From Heptranchias perlo (taxonomy: Eukaryota): a stretch of 64,000 nucleotides of DNA. The stretch spans positions 3,782,001 to 3,846,000 of the forward strand of contig NC_090330.1 in assembly GCF_035084215.1 (NCBI RefSeq), in the 5' to 3' direction. The stretch's first letter is position 1; every line of letters begins with the position of its first letter. This document shows, piece after piece, positions 12,201-21,603 of this stretch. Under the pieces are notes generated by a model that was given only the letters and a program-made list of their open reading frames with translations, had not been told where the DNA came from and did not search any database. The translations under genes and the position numbers were made by a program.

Positions 12201-12265
12201 GGCAATTAGGGATGGGCAATAAATGCCGGCCTTGCCAGCGACGCCCACATCCCGTGAACGAATTT
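9225..12265 (+). mobile_element. Near full-length single-ORF non-LTR retrotransposon (CR1/L2 group)
   Basis: Short 5' region, uninterrupted APE-RT ORF and 3' UTR ...ccttgccagcgacgcccacatcccgtgaacgaat followed by an A/T-rich run; many 3' fragments elsewhere in the window. Confidence 0.9.
9429..12209 (+). CDS. LINE polyprotein: apurinic endonuclease + reverse transcriptase
   Basis: APE motifs LTES, YRPP, GDFNVHH, LDLVLTN, SDH; RT motifs YRPISLLS, QFGFR, DIKAAFD, GVPQGSVLGP, FADD; C-terminal SWNSLP. The frame is open from 9288 and encodes APE motif I (KVLLTNIWGL) before the GTG at 9429, so the true start is uncertain. Confidence 0.92.
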   Translation: MPKLGELSHRPVKQQPDIAILTESYLSANVPDSSITIPGYVLSHRQDRPTRGGGTVIYSQEGVALGVLNIDSGPHEISWHQVKHGQGNLLLITTYRPPSADESVLLHVEHHLEEALRVARAQNVLWVGDFNVHHQEWLGSTTTDRAGRVLKDIAARLGLRQVVSKPTRGKNLLDLVLTNLPVANASVHDSIGRSDHRTVLVEMKSRLRTEDTIQRVVWHYHRAKWDRFRTDLAAQNWASMRYCGPSAAAELYSSTICNLMARHIPHSTITNKPGDQPWFNEECRRACQEQHQAYLKMRCQPGEATTQDYMHAKQRKQHAIDRAKRFHNQRIRSKLCSPATSSREWWWTIKQLTGGGGSANIPILNDGGVQHVSAKDKAEAFATIFSQKCRVDNPSQPPPDIPTITEASLRPIRFTPRDIKKRLSALDTAKAMGPDNIPAVVLKTCAPELAAPLAKLFQYSYNTGIHPTMWKIAQVCPVHKKQDKSNPANYRPISLLSIISKVMEGVVDSAIKRHLLTNNLLTDAQFGFRQDHSAPDLITALVQTWTKELNSRGEVRVTALDIKAAFDRVWHQGALVKLKSMGIRGKTLQWLESYLAQRKMVVVVGGQSSQPQGIAAGVPQGSVLGPTIFSCFINDLPSIKRSEMGMFADDCTVFSSIRNPSDNEAVRACMQQDLDNIQAWADKWQVTFVPDKCQAMTISNKRESNHLPLTFNGITIAESPTINILGVTIDQKLNWTSHINTVATRAGQRLGILQQVTHLLTPQSLSTIYKAQVRSVMEYSPLAWMSAAPTTLKKLDTIQDKAARLIGTPSTTLNIHSLHHRRTVAAVCTIHRMHCSNSPRLLRQHLPNPRPLPPRRTRAAGAWEQHHLHVPLQVTHHPDLEIYRRSFIVAGSKSWNSLPNSTVGEPSPHGLQRFKKAAHHHLLEGN

Positions 12266-12489
12266 TTAAAAAAAAAATTTTTAAATTGCAGAAAACAGGA
12301 CTCATGACTGAAACTACAGCAACTTTTCCCGATAAAAGCAGGGTGGTTTCTCCAGCAAAAATGCAGTGAGTGGATGACAGTTACATAATGCAAATTGAAT
12401 GGGGCACCCGAAATCATTCCCGAAATAACGGAGGAGCTGAACTGCGCTCTCCATTGTTAATGGTGAATTGGAGGAGCGAGAGGGCATAG

Positions 12490-12805
12490 AACTAGAGGGG
12501 CATAGTCTCAGGATAAGGGGTCGGCCATTTAGGACTGAGCTGAGGAGGCATTTCTTCATTCAGAGGGGTTGTGAATCTTTGGAATTCTCTACCCCAGTGG
12601 GCTGTGGATGCTCAGTCGTTGAGTGTATTCAAGGCTGAGATAGATAGATTTTATGGATAGATGGATAGATTCTAGAGGGATCAATGGATATGGGGATCGG
12701 GCGGGAAAGTGGAGTTGAGGTCGAAGATCAGCCATGATCTGATTGAATGGCGGAGCAGGCTCGAGGGGCCGAATGGCCTACTCCTGCTCCTATTTCTTAT
12801 GTTCT
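12490..12805 (+). mobile_element. CR1-type LINE 3' fragment
   Basis: GHSLRIRGRPFRTE...LWNSLP coding and a tttcttatgttc tail; same subfamily as 43855-44680 and 49395-49900. Confidence 0.8.
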
Positions 12806-13859
12806 CGTGTAGTTCCGACGTTCGCACATGCGCAGTAAAACGCAGAAATCGGGAACTCAGTCCTCGTAGTTCGCAGGCGATATGACAGCATCGAATTAAA
12901 GGGCCATCGCACGCTGCAATCAGAGAAATCAGTGATAAAGCGCCAACTTGTTTATCTGCCCAGCTGGAAAGTAACCAATTACGCCACCAAACAGGTACGC
13001 TTAAAAATACAGGACTGAACTAAGTTTTATCAGCGTGGTGAGTCTTAATGACTGTCAAACAACTAGAAATTAACTTTTAAAAATGTGGAGTCTCTTATTC
13101 CTCCTTATTTTAATAATTTTTGGTCAGTAAATTTTTATTTTAATTAAAGAATTTTTTTTTTACTTTTCCCTTCTGTCTCTTTTATTTAATTCAATTATTT
13201 CTTTGGCTTTTTATTAAAAAAAAATTAAAATTTTGATTTACAATTAAATACAGAATACTAGCTTTCGGTGAATGAAGTCTGTTTGCCTGTTTGACCAACG
13301 CAGCCTGAATCTGTGGCCGGGACTTCTCTTCCTGACAGATTTTCTGGGGGCGTCTTCTCCCCACACAGACTGTTCCAGCCGAGCGGCTGCTCAGAGGCTG
13401 GGTTGATAACGCACATTTTTTTTTAAAAGTTCAAATTCAAGCAGTTCGACACCACAGAGCCCGCAGTAAGTCATTTCGTTAATTTAATTCGCAGGAGCGG
13501 CGGTGAGCGTCGCCTGGCCGCTCGGAGTGACTTCTGACCCCATTATTTCTACGGGAAAATGCAGGGTGGAGGATAATTCCATAATATAAGTTCTGTGCGT
13601 AAAATCAATCCCAGTCACTTACAGCTGTGACTGACGGCGGAATTAACCAATCATCTCCATTCTAGCCGGGAATAGTGGCGCCATTATATGCAGCCAAATT
13701 TATGGGATGCCCAGGCCCAGTTCAATCTGGTGGGGTATAAGCAGGGGGTGCTGCTCAGGTTGCTCAAACACCCCCAGAAATGTCCATGATCTTTTTTTTA
13801 ACAGACGGTATTGTATTCTTTTTAATCTTAGTTTTGCGTCATGTAGGGACCAACACTCA

Positions 13860-14530
13860 AAACATCTACCCAACTTAGAGTTCTAGATCCAAATACCAAC
13901 CCAGTTTAAGAGTTCTTGATCCAAACACCTACCCAGTTTAAAGAGTTCTAGATCCAAACACCTACCCAGTTTAAAGAGCTCTAGATCCAAACACCTGTCC
14001 AGTTTATAGATTTCTAGATCCAAACACCTACCCAGTTTAAAGAGTTCTAGATGCAAACACCAGCCCTGTTTAAAGAGTTCTTGATCCATATTCCTACCCA
14101 GTTTAAAGAGTTCTAGATCCAAGCACCTACCCAGCTTAAAGAGTTCTAGATCCAAGCACCTACCCAGTTTAAAGAGTTCTAGATCCAAACACCTACCCAG
14201 TTTATAGATTTCTAGATCCAAACACCTACCCAGTTTAAAGAGTTCTAGATCCAAACATCTACCCAGTTTAAAGAGTTCTAGATCCAAACACCTACCCAGT
14301 TTATAGATTTCTAGATCCAAACACCTACCCAGTTTAAAGAGTTCTAGATCCAAACATCTACCCAGTTTATAGATTTCTAGATCCAAACATCTACCCAGTT
14401 TATAGATTTCTAGATCCAAACATCTACCCAGTTTATAGATTTCTAGATCCAAACACCTACCAAGTCTATATATTTCTAGATCCAATCACCTACCCAGTTT
14501 AAAGAGTTCTAGATCCAAATATCTACCAAG
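13860..14530. repeat. 33-bp minisatellite (~20 copies)
   Basis: Unit ctagatccaaacacctacccagtttaaagagtt, alternating with a ...tttatagattt variant. Confidence 0.95.
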
Positions 14531-14802
14531 TTCATTGAACAAACTTAGTGGTTTCTACATTTATAAACATTAAAAAACGTTTCTTGAAATTTTGGTTTTG
14601 GTGCAAAAATCACGGTGCATGTGAATTCACATTCCATTCCAAAAATGCGCTGTATTACGAAAATAATTAATGAACTCATTTGTGTTGTCACCAAAATAAA
14701 ATTAATGCATTAGCTGTAATATTGTGGCAATAAAAAAGCTGTACCCCGGAGTGTTTCATACAGTTTATTAATAAAACTGAAACGTTCCTTTTTCTTGGTT
14801 TC

Positions 14803-15780
14803 TCAGCGAGTTACAGTGGACACTGCCTGAACACTGGATTTAATTATTTTCCCTCCGAACATTTTCAGGAGGCGTTCCCTGATTTCTTTGGTCCTCACCC
14901 CGTAGATGATGGGGTTGGCCATCGCGGGCAATATGAGGTACATGACAGAGAGCAACACGCGGATGTCCTCGGGGATTTGACCTACCCGGTAAGAGAGGAA
15001 GGAGAACAAGGCGGCCAGGTAACAGAATGAGATCACCAGCAGGTGAGTCCCGCAAGTGTGAAACATCTTGTGGCGGGATTCTGCGGAGGCCACCTTTAGA
15101 ACAGTGGAGACAATTCTCAAGTAAGACAAGAAGACGCAAATACTGTCAAAGCCAATTATTCCAAAGGCCAACACCAAACCCATGATGCTATTCAGGGTTG
15201 TATCAGTGCAAGCCAATCTCACAAGTACCATGTGGTCACAATAGCAATGGGCTATGAGGTTAGACTTGCAGAATGGCAGAGGGGCAGCCAATATGACTAC
15301 AGTAGACACTGCCACCCCACTCCGAATGAGAGCAAGTCCCGCTAGTTTGATCAGGACTGTACTTGTAATGACTGCACTGTAGCGCAGAGGGTTACAAATC
15401 GCCACGAAGCGGTCAATGGCCATCACTAAGAGAAGGGTTGATTCTACAGAGGACCAAAAATGAACAAAGAACATTTGCGCCAAGCAACCTGTCAGAGAAA
15501 TACCTTTCAGGTGGAACAGAAAGCTTAGCAATATCTTCGGCATAACAGTGGAACTGATGATGATATCGACGAGAGAGAGGGAGCAAATGAGAATGTACAT
15601 GGGATGGTGCAAATTTTGGTCTCGTATAATTACCAGCACTATGGCGGAGTTTGCTATCAGAGTGATGAGGTAGACCATAAGGAAAGGAGCGGAGAGGACA
15701 CCCTGAGACCCTTCAAATCCCGGGAATCCGAGCAGGATGAATTCATCATAAAGGGAACCGTTCTGACTGGTATCTGCCAT
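14803..15780 (-). CDS. Olfactory receptor (class I / OR51-52-like), ~325 aa, intact
   Basis: Motifs LHHPMY, MAIDRFVAICNPLRY, HCYCDHM, KMFHTCGTH, PAMANPIIYGVRTKEIR; N-glycosylation site NGS near the N-terminus; ATG (MADTSQ) at 15780 just downstream of a splice acceptor; AATAAA ~35 nt after the stop. Confidence 0.95.
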   Translation of the reverse strand: MADTSQNGSLYDEFILLGFPGFEGSQGVLSAPFLMVYLITLIANSAIVLVIIRDQNLHHPMYILICSLSLVDIIISSTVMPKILLSFLFHLKGISLTGCLAQMFFVHFWSSVESTLLLVMAIDRFVAICNPLRYSAVITSTVLIKLAGLALIRSGVAVSTVVILAAPLPFCKSNLIAHCYCDHMVLVRLACTDTTLNSIMGLVLAFGIIGFDSICVFLSYLRIVSTVLKVASAESRHKMFHTCGTHLLVISFCYLAALFSFLSYRVGQIPEDIRVLLSVMYLILPAMANPIIYGVRTKEIRERLLKMFGGKIIKSSVQAVSTVTR

Positions 15781-15877
15781 GACCAATAGACACACACAAT
15801 CTGCAATCTGCAGAAATAAAGATTAATAAAAATTAGCACAGTGCAAGTTAGAGCACAGAGCATAAGAAATAACATCA

Positions 15878-16530
15878 AGTTACATTGAATTTACAGTACA
15901 GCAACAGGCCATTCTGCCCAACTGGTCTATGCCGGTGTTTATGCTCCACACGAGCCTCCTCCCTCCCTACTCCATCTCACCCTATCAGCATATCCTTCTA
16001 TTCCTTTCTCCCTCATGTGTTTATCTAGCTTCCCCTTAAATGTATCTACGCTATTCACCTCAACTACTCCTTGTGGTATCGAGTTCCACATTCCACCCAC
16101 TCTCTGGGTAAGGAAGTTTCTCCTGAATTCCCTATTGGATTTATTGGTGACTATCTCATATTTATGGCCCCTAGTTTCGGTCTCCCCCCACAAGTGGAAA
16201 CATTTTCTCTACGTCTACCCTATCGAACCCTTTCATTATTTTAAAGACCTCTATCAGGTCTCCCCTCAGCGACTTTTCAAAAGAAAAGAGCCCCAGCCTG
16301 TTCAGCCTTTCCTGATAATTATAACCTCTCAGTTCTGGTATCATCCTAGTAAATCTTTTTCGCACCTTTCCCAATGCCTTTTTATAATATGGAGACCAGA
16401 ACTGTTCACAGTTACTCCAAGTGTGGTCTAACCGAGGTTCTATACACGTCTAACATAACATCCCTGCTTTTCAATTCTATCCCTTTCGAAATGAACCCCA
16501 GTGCTTGGTTTGCCTTTTTAAGGCCTGATT
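15878..16530 (-). mobile_element. CR1-type LINE 3' fragment in the inferred OR 5' intron
   Basis: FTRMIPELRGYNYQERLNRLGLFSF, FLTQRVGGMWNSIP. Confidence 0.8.
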
Positions 16531-17134
16531 AACGAAGGGGATAGAGCTACTGTAGGACGTGTCCTATCACAAACTCTACCTCAACTTAGTTAGTGGCTTA
16601 TGTGGGATGTGAAATCACCAATAAATGGAGGTGCTGTGATATTTCCCTCGGAATCTCTAATTCTGGGTTATTAATGTAGTGCAGTGTCAGGGTATCTGAA
16701 TGAGCTGCGGTTTCAGTCAGTTGTACCTCGTGCAAAAGGGCCTAAGAATAATTAGATTTGTGATTTGTGAAACTGATTGAATACTATCTATTCCTTGTTT
16801 AGATACCTTACATTATACTCTGATCATTTTCCTATTTGTACACCCACAGGTACTTAATTATAGAACTCGGGCTACTTTCCCATGAGTCCTTCATTATCTA
16901 AATAGCCAAATCGGTGATACTAATGAGATTGTCACAAATTAATAAACAACCAAAAAGGTGGGATCTGGAGATAAGTGCACGGTGTTACGTCCCGATAAAC
17001 ACTCAAATTGGTGTGGTAGTAACAAGCTGCTTTTATTTCCAGACCCTCTAGAATATTTTGTCAAAGAATAAAAAAGTAACACAAGTGAAGTCATTAGTGT
17101 GTAATTGCTACCATGTACTTACTCACACCTCATG

Positions 17135-17520
17135 TACACTCCCTCCACCATCGGCGTACGGTAGCTGCGACGTGTTCTATCCACAGGATGCACTGCACAA
17201 CTCGCCAAGGCTTCTTCGACAGCACCTCCCAAACCCGCGACCTCTACCACCCAGAAAGACAAGGGCAGCAGGCACATGGGGACCATCACCTCCAGTTCCC
17301 CTCCAAGTCACACACTATCCCGACTTGGACATACATTGGCCATTTCTTCATCATCGCAGGGTCGAAATCCTGGCATTCCCCTACTTAACAGCAATGTGGG
17401 GGCATCTTCATCACACGGACTGCAACGGTTCAAGAAGAAGGCCCACCACCACCTTCTCAAGGGGCAGCTAGGGATGGGCAATATGTACTGGCCTTGTCCA
17501 CATCCCAAGAATGAATTTAA
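17135..17520 (+). mobile_element. Diverged 3' fragment of the 9225-12265 LINE family
   Basis: HSLHHRRTVAA...SPRLLRQHLPNPRPLPP...HGLQRFKKKAHHHLL. Confidence 0.85.
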
Positions 17521-18494
17521 AATAAATTCCCAAAAGGGGGCCATCTAGTGCTGAGTTAAAAATGTGCAAGTACCAAACATATCACACAGCTCCTGTATTT
17601 CTCCTGGTTCGAATAACTAGAATCTGAACTGGAGCTGAGAGAGGGTCTTGCAATCTTTGAAGTATCTCTTTATCTGACAAGCCATGACAGGGAGATTTCA
17701 TCAGGGATACATTACTCAATGCGGGTTACATCTTGTGAGCAAGGAGAGACTTGTTCTAATCATGGAATTATAAGGATAGCACTAAACAGGCATTAATTTT
17801 AACATGGCTATTACAATTACATATTTCATATTTCTGATAATAAAAGTTAAAAGCTATTACCATCGAGAACTTTTTTTTGAAAGTGGACTTACAAAGAAAA
17901 TATAGTTTACAAAGAATTATAATTAATATTAGCATTCCTTTGTACTTTTCTGCTAGTTTTGATTGGATCTTGGATAAACATTATCGGGATGCAAACTCGG
18001 TGCCGAGGAGCTGAACATTGAAGAGATTCAGTCGTCGATCTTAGTGTGTTTGACCACCAAGAGAGGATATAAAATTCAGTTGGCTCCTCCCGGAGTTGGT
18101 CCCACTTGCTTTGGATGGTCAGTATGCCGGATGATAGCAGCACGGGCATAAGGAATGTTGAAATTAATTGAGAAGGAGCGGAAAAAAACCCAACTGCCGG
18201 ATAGTTTCACACTGTATCATTATCGTACCTGGTTGACGTTAATACAGCACTCTGACCCCCAGAAAATAATCACATTCTTCTACCACATTTTGAAAAAGAA
18301 AATCACTACAGTTTTGTCTTTGAAACATTTCATCACGAACATGAACTGGACTAAACGACCATGGGAGGTAGTTGTTACTGACGTTGAAAATAAGCTCCAT
18401 AAATATTGTAACGTTTGGGACAGGGCCCCGATCCCAGACCTCGGACTCAAGGGTTCCACTACAATCAACAAGCTGACTTTCTCTTTGCGTGAAT

Positions 18495-18630
18495 ATGGTT
18501 GACTCTTAACTGCCCTTCGAAGTGGCACAGCAAGCCATTCAGTTGCACCAAACCTTCTCAGCGCAGCTAGGGACGGGCAATAAATGCCGGCCTTGCCAGC
18601 GATGCCCGCATCCCAGGAACGAATAAAAAT
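18495..18630 (+). mobile_element. Bipartite non-autonomous element (LINE 5' segment fused to LINE 3' end)
   Basis: tggttgactcttaactgccc...agcaagccattcagttg matches 9235-9284 and is joined directly to ccttctc...gggcaataaatgccggccttgccagcgatgccc, which matches 12191-12262. Confidence 0.75.
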
Positions 18631-18694
18631 ATATCAGGCAGAGAGAGAGAGAGAGAGAGATGGAATTGACATAAATGTCACACTTTTCAGTTAC

Positions 18695-18840
18695 CTGTAA
18701 AACTTCCCAGCGTTGCTGTAAATAATTATGAAGGCATTGTGTCGAGGGGGTTTTTAAAGTTCAGGTCCATGCCTTTGATTCTGTTTAGCTTGTTGCCTGG
18801 GCTCTATTTATTCTAGGCGATGTGTTACCCAGGGGACTGT
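18695..18840 (-). promoter_or_regulatory. Candidate promoter and non-coding first exon of the minus-strand OR
   Basis: On the minus strand: O/E(EBF)-like GTCCCCTGGGTAA (18825-18837), TATA-like AATAAATAG (18804-18812) and splice donor CAG|GTAACT at 18695/18694; matching acceptor tttatttctgcag ending at 15808. Confidence 0.45.
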
Positions 18841-19467
18841 GTTCTAACAAGTCACTGGTTCTGTAGGGATCTGTCAATTCGTAACTATAAAAATAGTGAA
18901 GGCATTCACAGATATTTAAATAATAGAAATGGTTCAAAGATATTGGATTTACACTTGCAACATTCCTGCTTATACATTATACAATAAGAGGCATATTTTA
19001 ATCTCTATAGTTTTATTAACGTGTTATAAATGATCTCGCGTGTCCCAGGCGTCTGAAACTAACTGATGGGAACCAACAGGTAACGAGAGGACAAGGAACC
19101 AGTGATATTTATGCTTCAGACATTTTGTGTTGAAATGATTCTGACATATTTTAAAAGTAAGTTGTTACTTCTAGAAATGAATCAGATTAATAAACCTGTA
19201 AATACCTAGGGGCTCGAATTTAGCAGGCCTGCGGGTTCCCAGCGGGTGGTCCTCCGGGAGCGTCGAAAACGCGGACGGCTAATCGTGTGCGTCCCCCACG
19301 CGATCGCGGGATAATTGGACCCATTAAGCCCTGCTTCCGGGTTCTGCGCTCCCCAGCTGCGTGCCGGCCGGCTGCGCATGCGCAGTACCGTCGACGCGAT
19401 GTAGGAGCTCCAGTTAAAGGGGCAGTCTCCCAAAGCCCCTCCTGCTGCAAGCAAGAGGTCTGGGAGA

Positions 19468-21262
19468 ATGGCTCAACAAAGGGGAAAGGCTGCGCCCCGT
19501 TTTTCAGATCTGGCACTGCAGCTGATGCTGGAGGGCGTGAGGAGGTGGAGGGAAACACTCTTCCCAGAAGATGGGCGCAAGTTCCCTGCCGCCGCAACCA
19601 GGAAGGCATGGGCAGAGGTGGCGGCGGAGGTGAGCAGCAGGGGCAACACCCCAACGACTTGGGAGCAGTGCCGCAAGCGCTTCAATGACCTGACTAGGTC
19701 TGGCAAGGTGAGTACACCAACGCACCCTCCCACATCCCGTCCCCACCATCACGCCAAGCAGATCACAACCCCCTCCTGCACAGCCACCACTGCGCTCCAT
19801 CAGCAATCCTCACAGCCACTCATTCACCATCCTCGCCGTGCACGCAAGTACCCACCGTCCCTGACCCCACTCGAACACTACCACACACCCCAATCCCCAT
19901 GCAATGGGATGGGCACGTGGCCCACGCTTCCCCCCATCCGTTCCGCGCCACGCTCAACCCAACCACACCGATGCTCGATGCGTCTCACGATGCAAGACGC
20001 ACCCACTCACACATCTGTGTTTTGCCTTCACAGGAGAAGAGAAGCAAGAACAATAGGGAAAGGGCACGCACCGGAGGTGGGCCGCCGCAAGTGGTGGAGC
20101 TCACCGACGCAGAGGTGGAGGCGCTCGACCTCGCCCGCACGCGACATTGCCTGTCAGTGGCCGATGGCGAGTGTGTCGCTGCCGAAACGGCCGGTAAGGG
20201 AAAGCTGACACTCAACACCCATGATCGCGAGTTACCGTCTCATCACCTGCCATCAGGCGCACTGTCAAGTTGGTCCACATGCCTCAAAGTGCCCTCTGTT
20301 CTCTTGCAGGTCCGTCTTTGGGTCAAGCGAGCGTGGGGGGCGATTCCTCAGAGGACATGGCGGTCTCTGAGGGTGCATCGTCACATCAGAGCCAACCATC
20401 CACCAGCGCAGAGACACGCACCTCGGTGGGTCCCCCTCGCCAACTAGTTGGGGTAGCACTTGGTGAGTCACCGCGCACGAGTGAGCATGAGCAGACCCTG
20501 GTGGCAGGGGCAGCCGCGGAGGGTCCGCGACGGAGGGAGCACTCATCTCCAGGCTCTGCTCAGCCGGACCCAGATGCTGAACCCAGGGGGCCACCAGTGA
20601 AAAGGAGAGTCGTCGAGGGCCACCAGCTAATTGCTGAGGTACTGGCAGAGGTGCCGCGCGCATTGTCCACAATAGCGCAGGCGATGGAGGAGTCCACCTC
20701 CTGCATGTGGGCATTGGTGGCGCAGGCACAGGAGGGTACCGGCGACACAGTGTCGCGGGTAGGTGCGGGACTGTCTGCGGTGGAGGACAGGCTGGCCTCC
20801 CTCGAGCGTCACGCACAGCTCCACTTCGAGTCCTTGCAGGCCCTGACAACGTCTGTACGGATTCAGGGTGAGCAACATTCCGACGCCACCAACAGGCTGA
20901 GGGATACACTAGGGGTGGCCTTGCAAGGCCTCACACATGCCATCCAAACTGCCGTCCAGCAGGGTGGAAGGGGTGATGTGGGCCGAGGCCAAGAGAGGGA
21001 TGATGGTGACCGGGGACATGGAAGCGGGGACGCCTCTCAAGGCGTCCCCACGTCCCACCCGTCGCCCACCTCTCAACCAGTACCCGCAATGGTGCCTCCT
21101 CTCCAGGTGGCCGAGTCTGCCCCTGTCCCGGTGCAGGAGGAGCAGTCTGTGGAGGTGCCCTCACGGGCACCGAAACCCAGGGGCCGTCCGCCAAAAGCAT
21201 CAACCGGTCAAGGCGAGAACACGAGCAACCTGCCACTACCTCTGCTGGAGCCACAGGGGTAG
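19468..21262 (+). CDS. Harbinger Myb/SANT-like DNA-binding protein, spliced (exons 19468-19707, 20034-20193, 20310-21262; ~450 aa)
   Basis: Exon 1 APRFSD...AWAEVAAEVSS...TWEQCRKRFNDL ends at AAG|GTGAGT; exon 2 follows ttcacag| and reads EKRSKNNRERARTGGGPP; phase-1 donor G|GTAAGG joins the acceptor cttgcag| in frame with the 20270-21262 ORF. Confidence 0.85.
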
Positions 21263-21603
21263 CACCACGTAGGGGTTCCCGGAGAAGAATTGCAAAGGCC
21301 TTATAATCACAAAGGGAATACACCAGGGTGTTTATTATTTTGTACTTTGTTTCTTATATAATGTCACATTCCAGATATTAAATAGTCTATTCTCACCACT
21401 CCTGCCACCTCTCGTCCATTCTTCCGCGGCTTGTGCAATAGTTGCGTTCCGTGGAGGCCATCATGACGGCGAACACCTGCTGCCACCCATTGGGCACACT
21501 GCTGTGGGTGCAGGATTACTGGCAGCACTCTTCAGTGGAGGGGGCTGGTATGGCCGCTCGCATGTGCAGGTGAGGAGATGCGAGCGCCTCGCAGTGTCTG
21601 ACT

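Noticed and set aside
13883-14485. 200-aa leucine-rich repetitive ORF
   Set aside because: Product of the 33-bp minisatellite; no true ATG context or LRR consensus
19468-20208. 246-aa ORF as the complete Myb protein
   Set aside because: Only the first 80 codons are exon; the rest is intron read-through past a GTGAGT donor
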